Source: a virus
Lineage: Duplodnaviria; Caudoviricetes
Length of the DNA: 64,000 bases
Strand: one strand, 5' to 3'
IMG/VR virus record: IMGVR_UViG_3300018413_000007
Span: 14,364 to 78,363 of that record
How positions within the stretch are numbered: the first letter of the stretch is position 1; each line of letters starts with the position of its first letter. A program made the position numbers and the translations under genes. The notes under the pieces are model-generated. The model saw nothing but the letters and a program-made list of their open reading frames with translations. It was not told the origin of the DNA and searched no databases. Below, one piece after another: positions 57,101 to 64,000 of the stretch.

Positions 57101-58153
57101 AAAGTGAGAATCACAGATGGTACTGGCAATAATATGGTTGTTGCCACTCAATCGGCAGATGTTCAAATATATTATGATGGATCTGAAAGGCTAAGAACAA
57201 CCGCTAATGGTGTCTTCATCACAAATGATGTTGACCTTGGTGGTCTTGTTGATGGCCGAGATATTGCAGTTGATGGTGCCAAATTAGATGGTATCGAACC
57301 AGGAGCTACCGCAGACCAGACTGCTGCCGACATCAGGGCATTAGGTTTCTTTGATGTCACAAATGATGGTGCTGGGTCATTACTCGATGCCGATCTTCTT
57401 GATGGACTTGAAGCCCAAGATATTATCAATCAGGCAGCCACACAAGCTAATACTAATGTGGGTACCGCTGACATTACCCTCGTGGCTGGTGATGCTCTCG
57501 ATGGTGGTGGTACATTCAACGCCAACCAATTTGCAAATGTCTCAATTACATTCGATCACGCAGATACATCTAGTGTGGCTAATACTTCGGTTGCTAATAA
57601 TACAGCAATCACTAGCCTTGAATTCGATACATTCGGTCACGTTGTTGGTGTATCTACCGGTGTCATTGAAGCTGGTCTGACTGAAGCACAGGCCAATGCA
57701 TTATTCGTTAATGTTACTGGTGATACGATTACGGGTGATCTTGTCATCGAAGGTGATCTCACGGTCAATACCTCTATCGTTGTTTCTGAAGATGTAACAG
57801 CGAACAATTTCATTAGCAGTGGATATATCGCACAACAATTCACTCGATTCGATAGTGCAGAAATAACCACGACGAACGTACTACCGGCAAATCTGTATAT
57901 ATGGAACGGGAATGATTATGGTGGGGCAGAGGTTTCCTGTGTAATTACAACAGGAATAAATAGACATGTGGTTAAAATGTTAATCACACATGATGGATCT
58001 ACGGCAGTCGCCACACAGTATGGTTCTGTGTTCACGAATTCTGAATTAGGTACATTCGATGTGTTATATACAGGCGGATTTATCTTATTGAGGGTATCAT
58101 CGGCAGGAGCTACGTCTACGACATATAGAGCATCGATCACTCTTATAGAATAA
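51152..58153 (+). CDS. Long tail fibre / virion appendage protein (2333 aa) with internal duplications
   Basis: DAANKNYVD fibre motifs, P.G....RP..GMIRYN repeats, TYGSSSQVPVLTVD.DGRIT motifs, LDADLLDG, and a C-terminal HDGSTA..TQYG domain. Confidence 0.82.
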   Translation: MADINVTINPSQTVETSTSPTQDKVTVKTTGNLQVQVGGDRTIRGVPKASETRPLVTSGEKKPVIVPDSVVLGVDTIGPYIQRIDGGPGIIVFPEDDIESANVVISHANTTTATSTNYSNGTFLSNIEIDQFGHITGFEANNVIDFASRLETGRTVNLAGVISGNTVFDGSGDITINTSSIDFSIGNTSLTLGESTDVLEDLTSISVGNLELSTNTLSSDNGIITLSSTLVNLSGANLQNISLPVLGTDAANKNYVDAQIDILEQDLLDVSDPVDPTDPANKQYVDNLVQVSAGKNIVLAATTADLGATANTAAGTLTLPAAPGLGIDDVQLWSLGSNLLVKDQTESAENGIYSLTQVGDNSTEWVFTRQIFGDESNELPGSFVVVSDGTANRDTGWIASVDNAEIFTIGTDPVTFTQFAGEGSFNAGDGLSLANTIFSVNVDDETLEIANNVLQVKAGGISPDLLANSSFTIGTTEINLGDTVPEIRNLDLLEVAEIDGINNRLTLDATVIYSESTGGLVIPTGTSIQRPPPEQGMIRYNQTDQRFEAYNGLAWTGLGGVVDVDQDTRIQAESAPGADNDQLQFFTQGVQRLIINADGNIEYGDNSDKFTLDYATGDVQIAGNLGVDGDITLGGNIRIGDQDVDTIEVIADFTSNLVPNDDDTYNIGSSTKNWARVYTNVIDNNTEIVNFDISGAIIVPVGNSSQRPTVPEAGMIRYNTNDTRFEGYDGAQWAGLAGAVIDVDQDTRIIAESGPNADNDQLQFFTRGVQRLEITEQGNFLFGDNLNQVTINGSSGLVTMNGSLRVDDLFILNDTISSDTPQITFNDIKLTGVANPTSNTDVVTYDYLENGSFSRFIQINDGANTFNLDIINDIPKLSVNEGMQAQFANNEFSWGLANTAVDPDVYGREGFIPQLTVDAQGRITTALDIPIAFSANTVVDLTETVQDIAGQMWEFTTKEGVEVIYNDSPTGNPPEDGKMEIYVRNFVVDLQGDVVGANTVVRNSNTVINTAITVDYLAGVTANSGIEVDLTPGVAAFADIRHANTSNIADVLNGPGVVINDITFDEFGHVQSVVSEDLNVNFVNIEGDSMTGPLTVPSIIDANNSSFFVDPDSLTVLQDLELRGDLDIDGVFFSNGSITTSGSITANTGISITGGDIDITGDIFASRYYDKDNITYYLDPASTSILNTINAAGSVTGTQFIDANNNSFYLDPNGSSNLNNVTVQGNFSAGRFVDAQDPNYYGDFASISRFNEAIFGYGLTYSGVQFTDNNASTVYLYGAGGKLGFVNNFFQYMMYVEKATSSFHAPFSTTTPIVYDADDTAYFINPNGNSVIASIDVDTLITADQLELDTDLTIANDMQITSTSISRSLGITLDPGFSHIFVSNKQIRNLQDPTLAQDAATKFYVDDQISGGISSLVGGEGLTYDANTFTFDVNVDDSTIEIVSDTLRVKDSGITNAKIANPFITIAGEFGTADNVALGETLTFTAGDGIDTTVSNNVITIAAEQANTSNKGVAYFHSNNFSVGIGGGVSIIKVDGQDTIIQLERNLVSNTTPGWTPVLEDLELGEVVVNTYEGKLFIKQHDPDTNANTLITFTADPQELLDLILTVDGAGSQLDSDLLDGQEGAYYLDYNNFVNVPPASLDLTLTGKVTGQAFTNTGIMTVITELANTGVTANTYGSSSQVPVLTVDEDGRITLANTAPVAGVSDIEWYSANNTLVTQTQDGSVFSVLIDSFGADVGFADSAKLTFGADGDLAIFHTGTTSIIEDTGTGNLVLKGSDLQIRSYFNNEPYLTATENGKVTLYHDNVARMDTTSTGIHVYDDIIVDGLVDGRDIAADGARLDQLEDDITVELTGKVTGSTTSNTGTISIATELEDTGVVANTYGSSSQVPVLTIDVDGRITVANTSPVAGIDDITWSSANNTLVTQTQDGSVYTTLIDQFGADVGFADNAKLNFGDGSDLQLFHNGNDSVINDAGTGDLFINSNKVRITDGTGNNMVVATQSADVQIYYDGSERLRTTANGVFITNDVDLGGLVDGRDIAVDGAKLDGIEPGATADQTAADIRALGFFDVTNDGAGSLLDADLLDGLEAQDIINQAATQANTNVGTADITLVAGDALDGGGTFNANQFANVSITFDHADTSSVANTSVANNTAITSLEFDTFGHVVGVSTGVIEAGLTEAQANALFVNVTGDTITGDLVIEGDLTVNTSIVVSEDVTANNFISSGYIAQQFTRFDSAEITTTNVLPANLYIWNGNDYGGAEVSCVITTGINRHVVKMLITHDGSTAVATQYGSVFTNSELGTFDVLYTGGFILLRVSSAGATSTTYRASITLIE

Positions 58154-58187
58154 CAATTTAACGCCTGACTGGGGAGAATGGAACCGA

Positions 58188-61100
58188 ATGGCAAACAATA
58201 AATTCTTTCTTGCGAAGAACGGAATCGCTACAGCTGGTAGGGGCCTTTTTGGTACCCTCACCGATAATGGTACCGATTCGCTTCAAGTATCCGGTCCTAG
58301 TTTATTCTCTGGTCAAGCAGAAATCACCAACTCGATTGCGAACACATATTCGCTTTTAGTACGAAATACATCAAATTCCCATCCTGCCAATCTTGCTCAG
58401 TTCATTGGAGATTCAAACTCTCTCGATATCACCAACCCTTCTGCCGGTATCTATGATATTGGTAGTGGAAATAATGTAATACGATTCGGAATTACACAGG
58501 GATTAGATCTATTATATAATGGAAGTTCTCGTTTGTCAATCACTTCTACAGGAAATGATTTCACAGGCCTATCGAATACCACCATCGAAGGATTTAGGAT
58601 TCTTACCACGGCAGATGAAGGATCTGGCAATGGTCTTGACGCGGACACAATCGATGGATTAGACTCCACACAGTTCCTACGATCGGATGAAGATGATACG
58701 ATGGTGGGTAATCTTACCATCCAAGGCGATTTAACCGTCTCTGGTAATACCACATACGTCGATACAGAGACCATTCTCTTATCTGACAATATCATCACAC
58801 TCAATGCCAATCACGTTGGTGTTCCAACACAAGACGCCGGTATAGAAATCAACCGTGGTACTAGTGCAAATACCTATTTCTTATGGAATGAGACGAATGA
58901 TGAGTGGACATTAGATAGTAATACCACGATTGATTCTCTCAATCCAACATTTCAATTCAAGGGTGATGATGGCAATACCTATATCATCACTTATAACGAA
59001 TCCGCAACTCGAATGGAATTGGGTGACGATACCAATACCAATCTATACCTGAATGCTGATGGTTCGGCCGTATTCAATTATGCTTTGAGTGCAAATTCAT
59101 TCACATCTGTAACGACCATCTCGGCCGGATCTTCGATTACCGCCAATACCACTATCACTGCTGGTACTGATGTCATTGGTCAAAGATTTATTGATGCAGA
59201 TAATGCTTCTTATTATGTAGACCCTGCAGCTACTTCTGTCGTCGGTAACGTAGGAATTGACTCCGATTTATTCCATAATGGGGATACGGATACACTGATT
59301 CGCTTCACCGATAATGATATCAGTCTGCAGACTGGTGGGGCAGAGAGGATTGGAGTTGCAGATACAAGAGTCGATGTCGCCGTCGATATGTATGTACCCA
59401 GAATAATCGATTCAAATAATAACAATTATATTGTCGATCCAGCTGGTGATTCTCAAATGAATACCATTGGTCTTGATGATTATATCATACATAATGGCGA
59501 TGTCAATACCTATTTTGGATTTCAGAATCCAGACGATATTACATTTTATGCTGGTGGCGCAGAGAAGGTTCGTATACGACCATCTAGGGTAGATATTTCT
59601 GTTGACTTATATGCTCCAAGATTACTTGATTCAGATAACTCAACATATCTCGTAGATCCGGCTGGAACCTCTCAGTTCAATTCTGCAGATTTCGATGGTA
59701 CAATTACTGGTGTTGATATCGACCTAACAGGAGATATCTCAGGTGTTAACGGCACATTCTCTGGTGATCTGGTAGGATTTAATTTAATTGCAAATAATGA
59801 CATAACTGCTGGTAATGATATTACTGCAGATGGTGATTTGCTTGTCAAGGGCCAGATTAATTCTTGGGGTGACATTACTTCTAATACTGACATCTATGCT
59901 GTCAATAGAATGTATGCACCTCAATATCGTGATTTAGATAACTCTACATTCTACGGAGATTTTGCCTCTACATCACGAATGAATAATATATCTCTATTGG
60001 GTATTATTCAATTTGATTCTAATTCAAGCACTTACCTAGATTTTACTGGGCTGAATCAGTTTAGTATCTTTACAAACGGAACAGAAAATTTTCGAATTAA
60101 TGATACCTATGCCCAGATCTTCCATCAAGTCAGGGCTCCTATTTACTACGATTCAAATGATTTAAACTATTATGGAGACTTTGCTTCTGTCTCTAATATG
60201 TCAGCTATCAATTTGAATCTTCGAATTCAGGCTTGGAATAATAGTGGCACGAATATCGATTTCGACGGCACTAATCAATTCCGAGTTATCACCGGCGGTA
60301 CTCCGAGATTCCTTGTTAATGATAATAACGTTGATGCGATATTTAATATTCGATCACCAATATTTTATGACCTGGATAATACGGCGTATTATACCGATCC
60401 GGCTGGTGATTCTCAATTAAATACAGTCGACATCGATGACTATATCCGGCACCGTGGAGACCTTAACACCTATCTTGGTTTCAATGGATCTGCCCAGATT
60501 GTATTAAGAACAGATGGCGTCGATAGGGTATTAGTTACAAATACGATCGTCACATCAAACGTACCTATAGAAGCCTCGATATTCTATGATGAGAATGATA
60601 ATAGCTACTATGGGGATTTTGCTGGGATATCTCGTGTCAATGATATCGCCTTGGTAGGTGAAATCATTCACGATGGTGATGCTGATACATACATTCATTT
60701 TCCTAATACAAATGAATATCAGGTCGTCGTAGGTGGCGCGAATGCAATCTCTGCAAACACCACCGTATTATCAACCGATCTTGATTTCTTAGGTAATAAT
60801 ATTACTCTGACCGGGGATATTAATGCTGTCAATGGTAATTTCTCTGGTGATGTTACAGCTGATGGGGCCATGTATGCGCCTCGTTATTATGATTCAGACG
60901 ATAATAACTATTATGGTGATTTTGCGTCTACCTCAGTTCTGAATAAATTACATATCGGATCAACAGCCAATCTTACAGATGGCACCGACCCAGATATCTC
61001 TACGACCACGATATTTGCTACGACCAAGGTTGTCACACCAAGACTTGTATTTTTAAATGATGCGTCCGGTGATGATAACTATCTTACAGTTGATGATAAT

Positions 61101-64000
61101 AATAATGCATATACTGTAGCTGGTCAAGCAATGGGAGCATGGTGGCAATTCTATGGCGATAAAATTGGTGCTGATACTACCAACTCTTCTGGATTAGTTG
61201 CATCTGGTGTTAGAACCTCATATCTTGAAGCCAAGAATGAGATCTGGGCTCCTATCTACTACGATCAGGCCAATCAAGATTATTATTGGAATCCCAATAG
61301 TGCAAATAGTCATGTCTTTGGCACGACCAACGGCACAGTAAATATTGGTGCCGAAGATCCCGACTACGCCCATTTCAGAACTGATAGGCCAGCATTTTAT
61401 TTTGAAAATACTGTATATTTTGATGGAAATATTAGAGGCTTTGGTGGCACAGAGGCTGCATATTTCGATTTCTATTATGATTTAGGAGATACATCATTCT
61501 TCGTTGATCCTCAATCATCATCACGGATGAATCGAATTAATCTTGTTGATAAGATTCGATCTGCCAGTGATACTACCAACTGGATCAAGTTCCCTGGCAC
61601 AGATGATTTTGAAATCGTCACAAATAGTGTCCGACGATTCTATGTTACCAATACCTATATTGAATCCTCTGTTGATTTCCGAGCTCCTCGATTTATCGAT
61701 TACGATGACAATAATTATTATATTGATCTCACAGATACAACGACCTCGATGTTCGCTGGTGGTTCAATTCGACAAGGTATTATCACGAATGGTACCCGAT
61801 GGTCGGATAACTCAGGCAATGGTGGTATTGCCCTTAATACACATGCATGGGATGGTGGAACCGGTAACTCAAATATAGCCGTCAGTGGTACTGCTGGTGG
61901 TCAGGCAATGGTGTCTCTAAATCGACTGAATAACACAGAGACAAACCCATGGGCATTCGGCGGTAAATATCTTGACTTCTTGCAAGATGGTTCCTCAATT
62001 GGTTCTATAGCAATCGAATCAGCAGGAGATAATTTATTCTTCTTGTTGAATGGTTCGCCTTCAAATCCAACAGCAGAGAATGGCTTCCAGATTTGGACTG
62101 GTGATACGTTTATTCCTATTGCGAACTTTGCTCATGATGGCCAGATTTTCTTTGGTAATTATATTCCCGTTTATACCCAGAATGATAATACCCCTCTGGT
62201 CGGCTCTGTAAGTGCTAACAAATTCCATTTCGAAGGTGGAAGTCTTCAGCTGAATGGAGCCAATGACGCAATTGTATTTGGTGCCGGTACTGCAACATTC
62301 TTGAAGGATGAAGAATTGGCCTTCGGTTGGGGTGGTGGTATCTACATGACCGAGGGTACTACTCTTAGGATAAGAAATGGCAAAGACCTTTCTGGCATGG
62401 GTGGTGCAGCATACTTTACTCAATTCATTGATTATAATGATAATAATTACTACGTCAATCCAGCCGGTGATTCTGAATTAAACCAGATCTGGATTGATGA
62501 TTATATTCGTCACCGCGGTGATCTCAATACTTATTTTGGTTTCTCTTCGGCAGACGTAATTACATTCCAGACAAATGGTGTTCAAAGAGCACTTATAGAT
62601 GCAAACCGAGTAAGAGCAAGACGTAAGCTTGAAGTTTACGGTTCAGGAATAGAATTACAAAAAGATAGTAATGGTGGTGGTGTTGGTATCACATTTACTG
62701 ACCAAAGCTCTGCTGAAACACCAGGGTTAAGTGGATTACAACAAGTTTCTATTAAAGCTTGGCATGCCGATAACTCATATACGGCAGGTGCTAATATGGC
62801 AATGGCGTTTGAATCGTCAGAGCCTACTACTCATTACGTATTTGGCACAAACGCAAATGCTGCCGGTGGTAATGTTATTCCAAGAGTTACCAATTCTGGT
62901 TCTTTAGGTTTATCTACCTATCGTTGGGGAACGGTATACGCTCAGACAGCTAATTTCTCAGGTGATGTTACAGGGGCGAACGCATATTTCAGTAGATATT
63001 ATGACGCAGACAATAATAACTATTATGGTGACTTTGCCTCTAAATCGATAATGAACCAGATTGGTCTTGATGACTATATCGAGCACAATGGTGACACGAA
63101 TACCTATATTCAATTTAATGCCGAGGATTCATGGCGAGTAGTAACCGGAGGTTCCGCAAGGCTTCTGGTCAATAATTCCTATGTTCGTGCAACGCCGGAA
63201 TTCCGAACCCCCATCATGTACGATAATGATGATACGGCGTGGTATGTTGATCCGGCTGGAGATTCAAAATTAAATGAAATTTTATTGGATACTGGTGAGG
63301 TCAGGTTACGAAGACCTACCGGTAACTTTGGCTCATTCGAGGTTAATGGTGGTGCTGTAGGCTCCTACGAAGGCTTTTCAATTGGCGGCCGATCCGTCTT
63401 CATGCACAATAACGGCACGACTTCAGGTATCTACAATGATGTTAATAATCATTGGATGATATTAATGAGACACGGCGCAGTCGCCGATGCAGGTGTTGAA
63501 TTAAGATGGAATAACGTCATTCAGGCTGAGGTCAATGATGGGTATTTCTTGGCTCCTGTTGAGGCCAGAGCTCCACAGTTCACAGACAGTGATAATACAA
63601 ACTTCTACGTTAATCCAGCTAATGAATCTCGGCTCAACGAACTCAGAACCACCATAATTTATCCTGTGTATAATGACGACACAACCATTAATATTTCTTA
63701 TCCAACCGGTGATTATGGTTCGATACAAATTAACGGTGATGGTAAAGGTGATTGGCGCGGCTACTCTATTAATGGTGAATGGGTGTTCATGGCAAGGAGT
63801 TCGAGCAATCAGGCCGGTATATACAACGACGTTAATAATGAATGGGCGATTAGAGCTACGCGAAATAGCTACACAGAAATTTATTATAATGGTACGGTAC
63901 AAGGTCGAGCTGATAACGGATATTTCCGTGCAAATAATCAGATGCGCGCTCCAGTTTATTATGATACATCTACGACTTCATATTACCTAAATCTGGGCCA
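58188..64000 (+). CDS. Long tail fibre (>1937 aa), truncated by the window end; missing from the ORF track
   Basis: ATG 58188 starts MANNKFFLAKNGIATAG; the frame was open at every segment hand-translated, including 59163, 61800 and 63900-64000 (QGRADNGYFRANNQMRAPVYYD). Contains GLDADTIDGLDSTQFLRSD. Confidence 0.88.
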   Translation, partial: MANNKFFLAKNGIATAGRGLFGTLTDNGTDSLQVSGPSLFSGQAEITNSIANTYSLLVRNTSNSHPANLAQFIGDSNSLDITNPSAGIYDIGSGNNVIRFGITQGLDLLYNGSSRLSITSTGNDFTGLSNTTIEGFRILTTADEGSGNGLDADTIDGLDSTQFLRSDEDDTMVGNLTIQGDLTVSGNTTYVDTETILLSDNIITLNANHVGVPTQDAGIEINRGTSANTYFLWNETNDEWTLDSNTTIDSLNPTFQFKGDDGNTYIITYNESATRMELGDDTNTNLYLNADGSAVFNYALSANSFTSVTTISAGSSITANTTITAGTDVIGQRFIDADNASYYVDPAATSVVGNVGIDSDLFHNGDTDTLIRFTDNDISLQTGGAERIGVADTRVDVAVDMYVPRIIDSNNNNYIVDPAGDSQMNTIGLDDYIIHNGDVNTYFGFQNPDDITFYAGGAEKVRIRPSRVDISVDLYAPRLLDSDNSTYLVDPAGTSQFNSADFDGTITGVDIDLTGDISGVNGTFSGDLVGFNLIANNDITAGNDITADGDLLVKGQINSWGDITSNTDIYAVNRMYAPQYRDLDNSTFYGDFASTSRMNNISLLGIIQFDSNSSTYLDFTGLNQFSIFTNGTENFRINDTYAQIFHQVRAPIYYDSNDLNYYGDFASVSNMSAINLNLRIQAWNNSGTNIDFDGTNQFRVITGGTPRFLVNDNNVDAIFNIRSPIFYDLDNTAYYTDPAGDSQLNTVDIDDYIRHRGDLNTYLGFNGSAQIVLRTDGVDRVLVTNTIVTSNVPIEASIFYDENDNSYYGDFAGISRVNDIALVGEIIHDGDADTYIHFPNTNEYQVVVGGANAISANTTVLSTDLDFLGNNITLTGDINAVNGNFSGDVTADGAMYAPRYYDSDDNNYYGDFASTSVLNKLHIGSTANLTDGTDPDISTTTIFATTKVVTPRLVFLNDASGDDNYLTVDDNNNAYTVAGQAMGAWWQFYGDKIGADTTNSSGLVASGVRTSYLEAKNEIWAPIYYDQANQDYYWNPNSANSHVFGTTNGTVNIGAEDPDYAHFRTDRPAFYFENTVYFDGNIRGFGGTEAAYFDFYYDLGDTSFFVDPQSSSRMNRINLVDKIRSASDTTNWIKFPGTDDFEIVTNSVRRFYVTNTYIESSVDFRAPRFIDYDDNNYYIDLTDTTTSMFAGGSIRQGIITNGTRWSDNSGNGGIALNTHAWDGGTGNSNIAVSGTAGGQAMVSLNRLNNTETNPWAFGGKYLDFLQDGSSIGSIAIESAGDNLFFLLNGSPSNPTAENGFQIWTGDTFIPIANFAHDGQIFFGNYIPVYTQNDNTPLVGSVSANKFHFEGGSLQLNGANDAIVFGAGTATFLKDEELAFGWGGGIYMTEGTTLRIRNGKDLSGMGGAAYFTQFIDYNDNNYYVNPAGDSELNQIWIDDYIRHRGDLNTYFGFSSADVITFQTNGVQRALIDANRVRARRKLEVYGSGIELQKDSNGGGVGITFTDQSSAETPGLSGLQQVSIKAWHADNSYTAGANMAMAFESSEPTTHYVFGTNANAAGGNVIPRVTNSGSLGLSTYRWGTVYAQTANFSGDVTGANAYFSRYYDADNNNYYGDFASKSIMNQIGLDDYIEHNGDTNTYIQFNAEDSWRVVTGGSARLLVNNSYVRATPEFRTPIMYDNDDTAWYVDPAGDSKLNEILLDTGEVRLRRPTGNFGSFEVNGGAVGSYEGFSIGGRSVFMHNNGTTSGIYNDVNNHWMILMRHGAVADAGVELRWNNVIQAEVNDGYFLAPVEARAPQFTDSDNTNFYVNPANESRLNELRTTIIYPVYNDDTTINISYPTGDYGSIQINGDGKGDWRGYSINGEWVFMARSSSNQAGIYNDVNNEWAIRATRNSYTEIYYNGTVQGRADNGYFRANNQMRAPVYYDTSTTSYYLNLG
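59187..64000 (+). repeat. About 16 copies of a ~73-aa module (P-x-Y-Y-D-x-D-N-x-x-Y-Y-x-D-(P/F)-A...DDYI.HNGD.NTY.GF)
   Basis: Core Asp codons at 59193, 59409, 59628, 59931, 60150, 60369, 60588, 60891, 61263, 61479, 61698, 62430, 63003, 63222, 63585 and 63963; spacing is often 216-219 nt. Confidence 0.85.

Noticed and set aside
51152-64000. Diversity-generating retroelement or invertible cassette acting on the fibres
   Set aside because: No reverse transcriptase, recombinase, adenine-specific template/variable repeat pair or flanking inverted repeats seen in the window; the duplications found are in-frame coding repeats.
1-64000. tRNAs, introns, inteins, homing endonucleases, integrase
   Set aside because: Intergenic gaps are all short (about 95 nt or less) with no cloverleaf, and no LAGLIDADG, HNH, GIY-YIG, intein or recombinase motifs were recognised by eye.

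Overview
A 64-kb segment of a T4-like (myovirus) dsDNA phage genome, with gene order and protein style like marine Kyanoviridae/pelagiphage-type T4 relatives. Positions 1-3.4 kb (+) hold the end of the replication module (gp44, gp62, regA), then dUTPase, Hsp20 and a peroxiredoxin, ending at a bidirectional terminator. Positions 3.4-8.4 kb (-) are a late operon (gp4, an inserted exported protein, gp2, gp54-like, gp26, gp51-like, gp29-like). Positions 8.4-30 kb (+) are baseplate genes (gp48, split gp53, gp27-like, gp5, an M15 peptidase fusion, gp25, gp6, gp7, gp9/10-like, an S8 protease, gp8, DUF4815/VrlC-like). Positions 30-64 kb are giant fibre or appendage genes (453, 4177, 2050 collagen-like, 2333 and >1937 aa, the last truncated by the window and missing from the ORF track). 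T4 late promoters (TATAAATA) precede several units. Top observation: the 4177-aa virion protein carries 19 tandem ~140-aa helical repeats, each with one Cys in a (K/D)C-x-RD-x-G-(Y/F/L) motif. They resemble the bilin-binding globin fold of phycobiliproteins (alpha-phycocyanin KCARDIGY), suggesting a possibly pigment-binding virion appendage. Other highlights: a ROSE-like RNA thermometer on hsp20, two amicyanin-type Cu-ligand sets in fibres, a gp53 split by an in-frame TAATAA, and an exported ART/TNT-like protein coupled between gp4 and gp2. All family assignments come from motif recognition by eye; no searches were run. No tRNA, rRNA, CRISPR array, intron or integrase was seen.
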